A stretch of 59,896 nucleotides of DNA, the filler included. It is 5 parts of 5 records of this genome, joined end to end, with 100 filler letters (N's around TTAATTAATTAA, not from the genome) between each part and the next. Parts side by side here need not be neighbours in the genome. Positions count along the whole stretch, not along the records: positions 44,962 to 59,896 come from DRR723986_15170; 4 more parts are not named here. One strand, given 5' to 3'. Every line of letters begins with the position of its first letter. The first letter of the stretch is position 1. The notes beneath the pieces were generated by a model. The model saw nothing but the letters and a program-made list of their open reading frames with translations, searched no databases and had not been told where the DNA came from. A program made the translations under genes and the position numbers. Positions 55,963-59,896 of the stretch are shown piece by piece.

Positions 55963-58900
55963 TTACTGAATCACAAGCTGCTCTGAAATAGAATTGCTTG
56001 AGCCATTTGCATGCACAAACTCAAGTTCAACAAAATACATGCCGGCCGGAAGTGCGGCACCCGAAAACTCCTTGAGCACAATTGTTCTTGAATGCTGGCC
56101 AGTCGGAAGGTCTGCCAAGTTAACTGTTAAACGCGTGTTGCCATTCAAGTCAGTTAAGGTCAGGAGCACGTCTGCGCGCTCGCTTAAACTAAATTTAATG
56201 GTTGCCTGTTTGTGGGCGGGGTTAGGCGAAACTGTTAATGCAGAATTACTGACTGGAGCGCTGAAGTTTTCCAATGCACTGGATTTGAGCTGTGTAACCA
56301 TGATTTGCACCGTTGCACTGGAACTACCGCCGTGGGCATCAATAACTGTATACGTAAACTGATCCGAACCAGTGATTGCGCCGGCCGTGTACTCCAGGCC
56401 AGTTCCGCCTCCCGTGATGTTAACCGTGCCGAGCAAAGCATTGTTAACTGCCGAAATTTCCAGCTGGTGATTATCTGCGTCGCTGTCGTTTAACAACGGC
56501 AAGATTGTGCTTGTCGAATTCTTGTTGATAGCGCCGGCATAGTCGTCGTTTGCAACAGGGAAGCGGTTGCGAAACAGGACTGCCAGTGAATTCTCATTCG
56601 CACCGGGCGCATACGCATATTCGGCATGCGGAGAGAGCGCAACCATTGTCACACCGGATAAACCATCGAAGCCCTCAAGTCCATCGACGGCCTTGTCATT
56701 AAATTCCAAGGTGCCGTCAACTGGATTACGCTTAAACACCGCGACTGCATTCTGCGCTTTACCGGCGACCCAGACTTGTTTGCCATCGGGACTTACGGTC
56801 ACGCTATTTGCGTCTTGAATTCCACTTACAGCAGCAACTCCGTCCTGGTACGTTGCAATAAAGCTGAGCCGGCCGTTGAGTGAATTGCGTTTAAATACCG
56901 TCACGGCATCGTTACCGCTGGAGGCTGCATACACCTGCCTGCCGTCCGGGCTGACAGCAAGATCGCTGACAGTGCCAAGCCCAATAACTCCATTGATATT
57001 GTTGCGCAAGTGTTCAACAAACGACAGGCTACCAGTTCTAAGATCATGCGCGAACACCGCCACCGCATTGTCGCCGGCACCGGCAACATAAACGTGACGG
57101 CCATCCGGGCTAAACGTGAGGCCCAAGGCTTGTTTAAGTCCGTTAACACCATTACTGCCATCTTTGTGACACTCAGCGAATGTTAATGTGCCGAGCAGTG
57201 GATCGAAGCGGAAGAGCACAAGCGAGTGATCCGCATAACCAGTCGCCAGAATGCTGCGCCCATCCGGACTGATACCCAGTCTGCGCGGCTGCTTTAGGCC
57301 TGTAATACTGCGCCCATTGTCAAGCTGGCCGCGTTTTTTACGTTCGACAAAACTGAGCAATCCATTGGTACGTTTTCTGTTAAATACTGCAATTGCATTG
57401 TCGCCATAACCGGCGGCATATAGACGCGTGCCGTCCGGACTGACTATCACATCGCTGACATATTTGAGGCCGCTGACACCATGGTGACCATGCCGCTCGC
57501 GTCCGGTATAGTTTAATGTGCCATCTGTGCTATCGCGACTAAAGCGGACAATGGAATGATCTCTGCGGCCCGCAACATACAAGTTTGCGCCGTCGGGACT
57601 CAGAGCCGCACTATGTGCACTCCGCAGTCCACGAACGCCACCAACACGGTCTTTCTGACGTTCGACATATTCCAGATTGACCATTGGGTTCAGGCCACTC
57701 TGAACAAAAATGTTAACAAGCGCTGCGCTGGTGCATCCATTGCTGTTTTCGGCAATATATGTAAAAGTGTCACTACCACTGAAACTGGGATCCGCCGTGT
57801 ATGTGACCGTCGTTGTATTGAGTTGTAGTGTTCCATGCGCCGGAGTGCCGGCCGTGCTCACTACCAGACCATTTCCGCTGTCGTTGGCCAACACAGAGAT
57901 AATGGTGCTGCTTGTGCCGGAAACTTGTGCGTGGTCTGCTATTGCCAGAATTGATTTTACGGAAGTGTTTAGGCCCGCCGCGCTCGTGCAGCCAGATTGG
58001 CTTGTCCGGCTTACCTGTAGCGAGGCTGAACTGGCGTTCAGATCCCAGACAACATTAACACTTGCGCCGGTCTGACTGCCGATTATTGTTCCACCCTGTA
58101 AACTCCAACTGTGCGTTGTTGAAGTGTTAAGCGGCAAGGCTTCGTAGTGCAGTATTGTATTCGGGCAGGCGCAGTTAGCGCCGGTGATGTTTAGGGCCGC
58201 CCCAGGTACAATTGTAAGGAGCAGAGTCGTTGAGCGCGTAAATTCACCATCAGACACCGTGATAGTCAGGTCGCTTGTTCCGAAAACATCACAGAGTGGC
58301 GTTATTTTTAGAAGAGTGTTTGCCTGTGTAGCGCCAATTACCAGGTTGCTGTCCGGTATCAGAGCTTGATTGGCAGATGTTGCGCTCAGACTCAAACCAC
58401 CGAAGGGCGTGTCTTTATCCGCAAGACTCAGAGTTAACATCGTCGAGCTGTTGCCAAAAGCCGTCAGGTCTTGCGTCGCTGCCAGTACCGGCGGGTCGTT
58501 AACCGGAATGACTTGTAGACTGATCGAAGTTGAGGCCTGCAGCTCGCCGTCGTCAACCGTAAAGCTGATAGTCGCAAGACCATTGGCATCTGCGACCGGA
58601 GTCACAAGAAATTGAGTCGTAGCAGCCGTGCCCCCAAGCTGCGCGATAGAAGCGATTGTTAGGTGATCTGCCGTCGTTGAACTTACAGTTAAGGAGCCCA
58701 GGCCCGGCCAGACATCCCCAAGTGCCAGAGTTAAAACTGTTGAGCTGTCCTCGTTAAGCTGCACCAGAGAGTTAAGGGTAGAAATTGTGGGCCGGTCATT
58801 CATGATTGTGAGAGTTGTGCTGGTTGTTCCACTTTGATTGCCAATAGTTAACGTTAAAGTGCCTACAGTTGCAAGAAGCCCAGCAGGAACAATAGTGCTG

Positions 58901-59895
58901 AATTGCGCTCGTGTGGCGTTGATTGGCGTTAAGTTCTGTAATCCGGCAGCTATGCCCTGCGCATCAAGCTTGGAGATTTGGGCTGTTGTCATTTCAAAGT
59001 CAGTGCCACGGACACTAAGACTCAAAGCAGAAAGGCTCGCCGTCGTGACATTTGGACTCAGGGAAACTACAGTCGGCGCAATTGGCTGGTTTAACCAGAT
59101 TCTTTGTGAGTCATTGCGGTTGGCAAACATGGCATCCAGGTCACCATCGCCATCCAGGTCACCAATTGCAAGTCCCGCGCTTAAGTCCGAGCTTGCACTT
59201 GCAAAGTTCGTCTGGAACATAAAGCCGCCGCTCCCATCGTTAAGGTAAAGGCTGTTGCGCCCATTGTTGTTGGCGAAAAGTGCATCCAGATCGCCGTCAT
59301 TGTCAAAGTCAGCCAGTTCAACGCCGGCCCATCGACTGCCAAAGCTGTTAAAGTCGGTAACAACAAATGTTCCGTCTCCGTTATTAGTCCAAAGTTTGCT
59401 TGCCTGGTTGTAGTTGGAGATAATTGCGTCGAGGTCGCCATCACCATCCAGGTCACCAATTGCAACGTCCAGCGAGCGAAAATTGCCGAGTGTGCTCAGA
59501 GAAAATGTTGCATCACCGTTGTTAAGATAAATGTACTGTGCTTTCCAATTGTCGTTGGCTACGATTGCATCCAGGTCACCGTCGTTATCAATGTCGCCCA
59601 GGTCAATACCGCGACTGGCGTTGTCTCCGCCGCCGGAGGGCCCAAAGAGTACACTGCTAAATGTGGCGTCACCATTGTTTAACCAGAGCTCCTCCTGCCT
59701 GTTAAACCCGGTGAAAATTGCGTCTATGTCGCCGTCATTATCGAGATCACCAAGGGCCATGCCGTAGTTGCCGGCTGCACCATAGCCAAAACTGCTGCTG
59801 GTAAAGGTCGCATCACCGTTGTTTAGCCAAATTTCCTTGGGTTCATCGTTATTGGAAACAATCGCATCCAGGTCGCCATCGTTATCCAGGTCGGC
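55963..59895 (-). CDS. Large surface protein (5' end outside window): FG-GAP repeats, Ig/cadherin-like domains, lactonase-like beta-propeller, T9SS-like CTD
   Basis: Repeated GDLDxDGDLDA, VNDPP-type junctions, about 7 SPDG blades, VSPNPA...LPAGMYFV; frame open to the window edge. Confidence 0.9.
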   Translation of the reverse strand, partial: ADLDNDGDLDAIVSNNDEPKEIWLNNGDATFTSSSFGYGAAGNYGMALGDLDNDGDIDAIFTGFNRQEELWLNNGDATFSSVLFGPSGGGDNASRGIDLGDIDNDGDLDAIVANDNWKAQYIYLNNGDATFSLSTLGNFRSLDVAIGDLDGDGDLDAIISNYNQASKLWTNNGDGTFVVTDFNSFGSRWAGVELADFDNDGDLDALFANNNGRNSLYLNDGSGGFMFQTNFASASSDLSAGLAIGDLDGDGDLDAMFANRNDSQRIWLNQPIAPTVVSLSPNVTTASLSALSLSVRGTDFEMTTAQISKLDAQGIAAGLQNLTPINATRAQFSTIVPAGLLATVGTLTLTIGNQSGTTSTTLTIMNDRPTISTLNSLVQLNEDSSTVLTLALGDVWPGLGSLTVSSTTADHLTIASIAQLGGTAATTQFLVTPVADANGLATISFTVDDGELQASTSISLQVIPVNDPPVLAATQDLTAFGNSSTMLTLSLADKDTPFGGLSLSATSANQALIPDSNLVIGATQANTLLKITPLCDVFGTSDLTITVSDGEFTRSTTLLLTIVPGAALNITGANCACPNTILHYEALPLNTSTTHSWSLQGGTIIGSQTGASVNVVWDLNASSASLQVSRTSQSGCTSAAGLNTSVKSILAIADHAQVSGTSSTIISVLANDSGNGLVVSTAGTPAHGTLQLNTTTVTYTADPSFSGSDTFTYIAENSNGCTSAALVNIFVQSGLNPMVNLEYVERQKDRVGGVRGLRSAHSAALSPDGANLYVAGRRDHSIVRFSRDSTDGTLNYTGRERHGHHGVSGLKYVSDVIVSPDGTRLYAAGYGDNAIAVFNRKRTNGLLSFVERKKRGQLDNGRSITGLKQPRRLGISPDGRSILATGYADHSLVLFRFDPLLGTLTFAECHKDGSNGVNGLKQALGLTFSPDGRHVYVAGAGDNAVAVFAHDLRTGSLSFVEHLRNNINGVIGLGTVSDLAVSPDGRQVYAASSGNDAVTVFKRNSLNGRLSFIATYQDGVAAVSGIQDANSVTVSPDGKQVWVAGKAQNAVAVFKRNPVDGTLEFNDKAVDGLEGFDGLSGVTMVALSPHAEYAYAPGANENSLAVLFRNRFPVANDDYAGAINKNSTSTILPLLNDSDADNHQLEISAVNNALLGTVNITGGGTGLEYTAGAITGSDQFTYTVIDAHGGSSSATVQIMVTQLKSSALENFSAPVSNSALTVSPNPAHKQATIKFSLSERADVLLTLTDLNGNTRLTVNLADLPTGQHSRTIVLKEFSGAALPAGMYFVELEFVHANGSSNSISEQLVIQ

Positions 59896-59896
59896 A

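Noticed and set aside
59090-59896. Regularly spaced DNA repeats (TCCAGGTCACCA-like) resembling a CRISPR array
   Set aside because: They encode FG-GAP protein repeats, vary at synonymous sites, and no cas genes are present

Overview
The window is not one locus. It is five contigs joined by artificial 100-nt N spacers that carry TTAATTAATTAA, and they come from several organisms. (A) 1-6986 is an apparently complete ~6.97-kb integrative rolling-circle element targeting tRNA-Val(GAC). It has a tyrosine integrase, excisionase, two XRE regulators, a Rep_trans initiator with a pT181/MOB_T-type nick hairpin, and two paralogous membrane-protein cargo genes in antisense. (B) 7087-12758 is a Burkholderiales-type icd-cspD-clpS-clpA-(GGDEF)-dut core region. 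(C) 12859-24370 has a trans-sulfuration PLP enzyme, a metallophosphoesterase, two S10 peptidases and creBCD with a cre-tag array. (D) 24471-44861 is planctomycete-type: sulfatases, ECF sigma/FecR, DUF1549/1553-DUF1501, DAHP synthase and REP repeats. (E) 44962-59896 is from a probable T9SS-bearing organism that shares a palindromic repeat with contig C. It has three TPR-LuxR regulators, a cytochrome c/copper-monooxygenase plus redoxin pair, and a large FG-GAP surface protein. The main find is in contig A. When the element is closed at its att overlap, the whole + strand becomes a gapless ring of start/stop-overlapping ORFs. Apparently meaningless 'bridge' ORFs stay stop-free across the antisense cargo, the origins, an alternative frame of the integrase and attP itself. 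This suggests an excision-gated translational relay; that function is inferred and untested. All family assignments come from motif recognition by eye; no searches were run.
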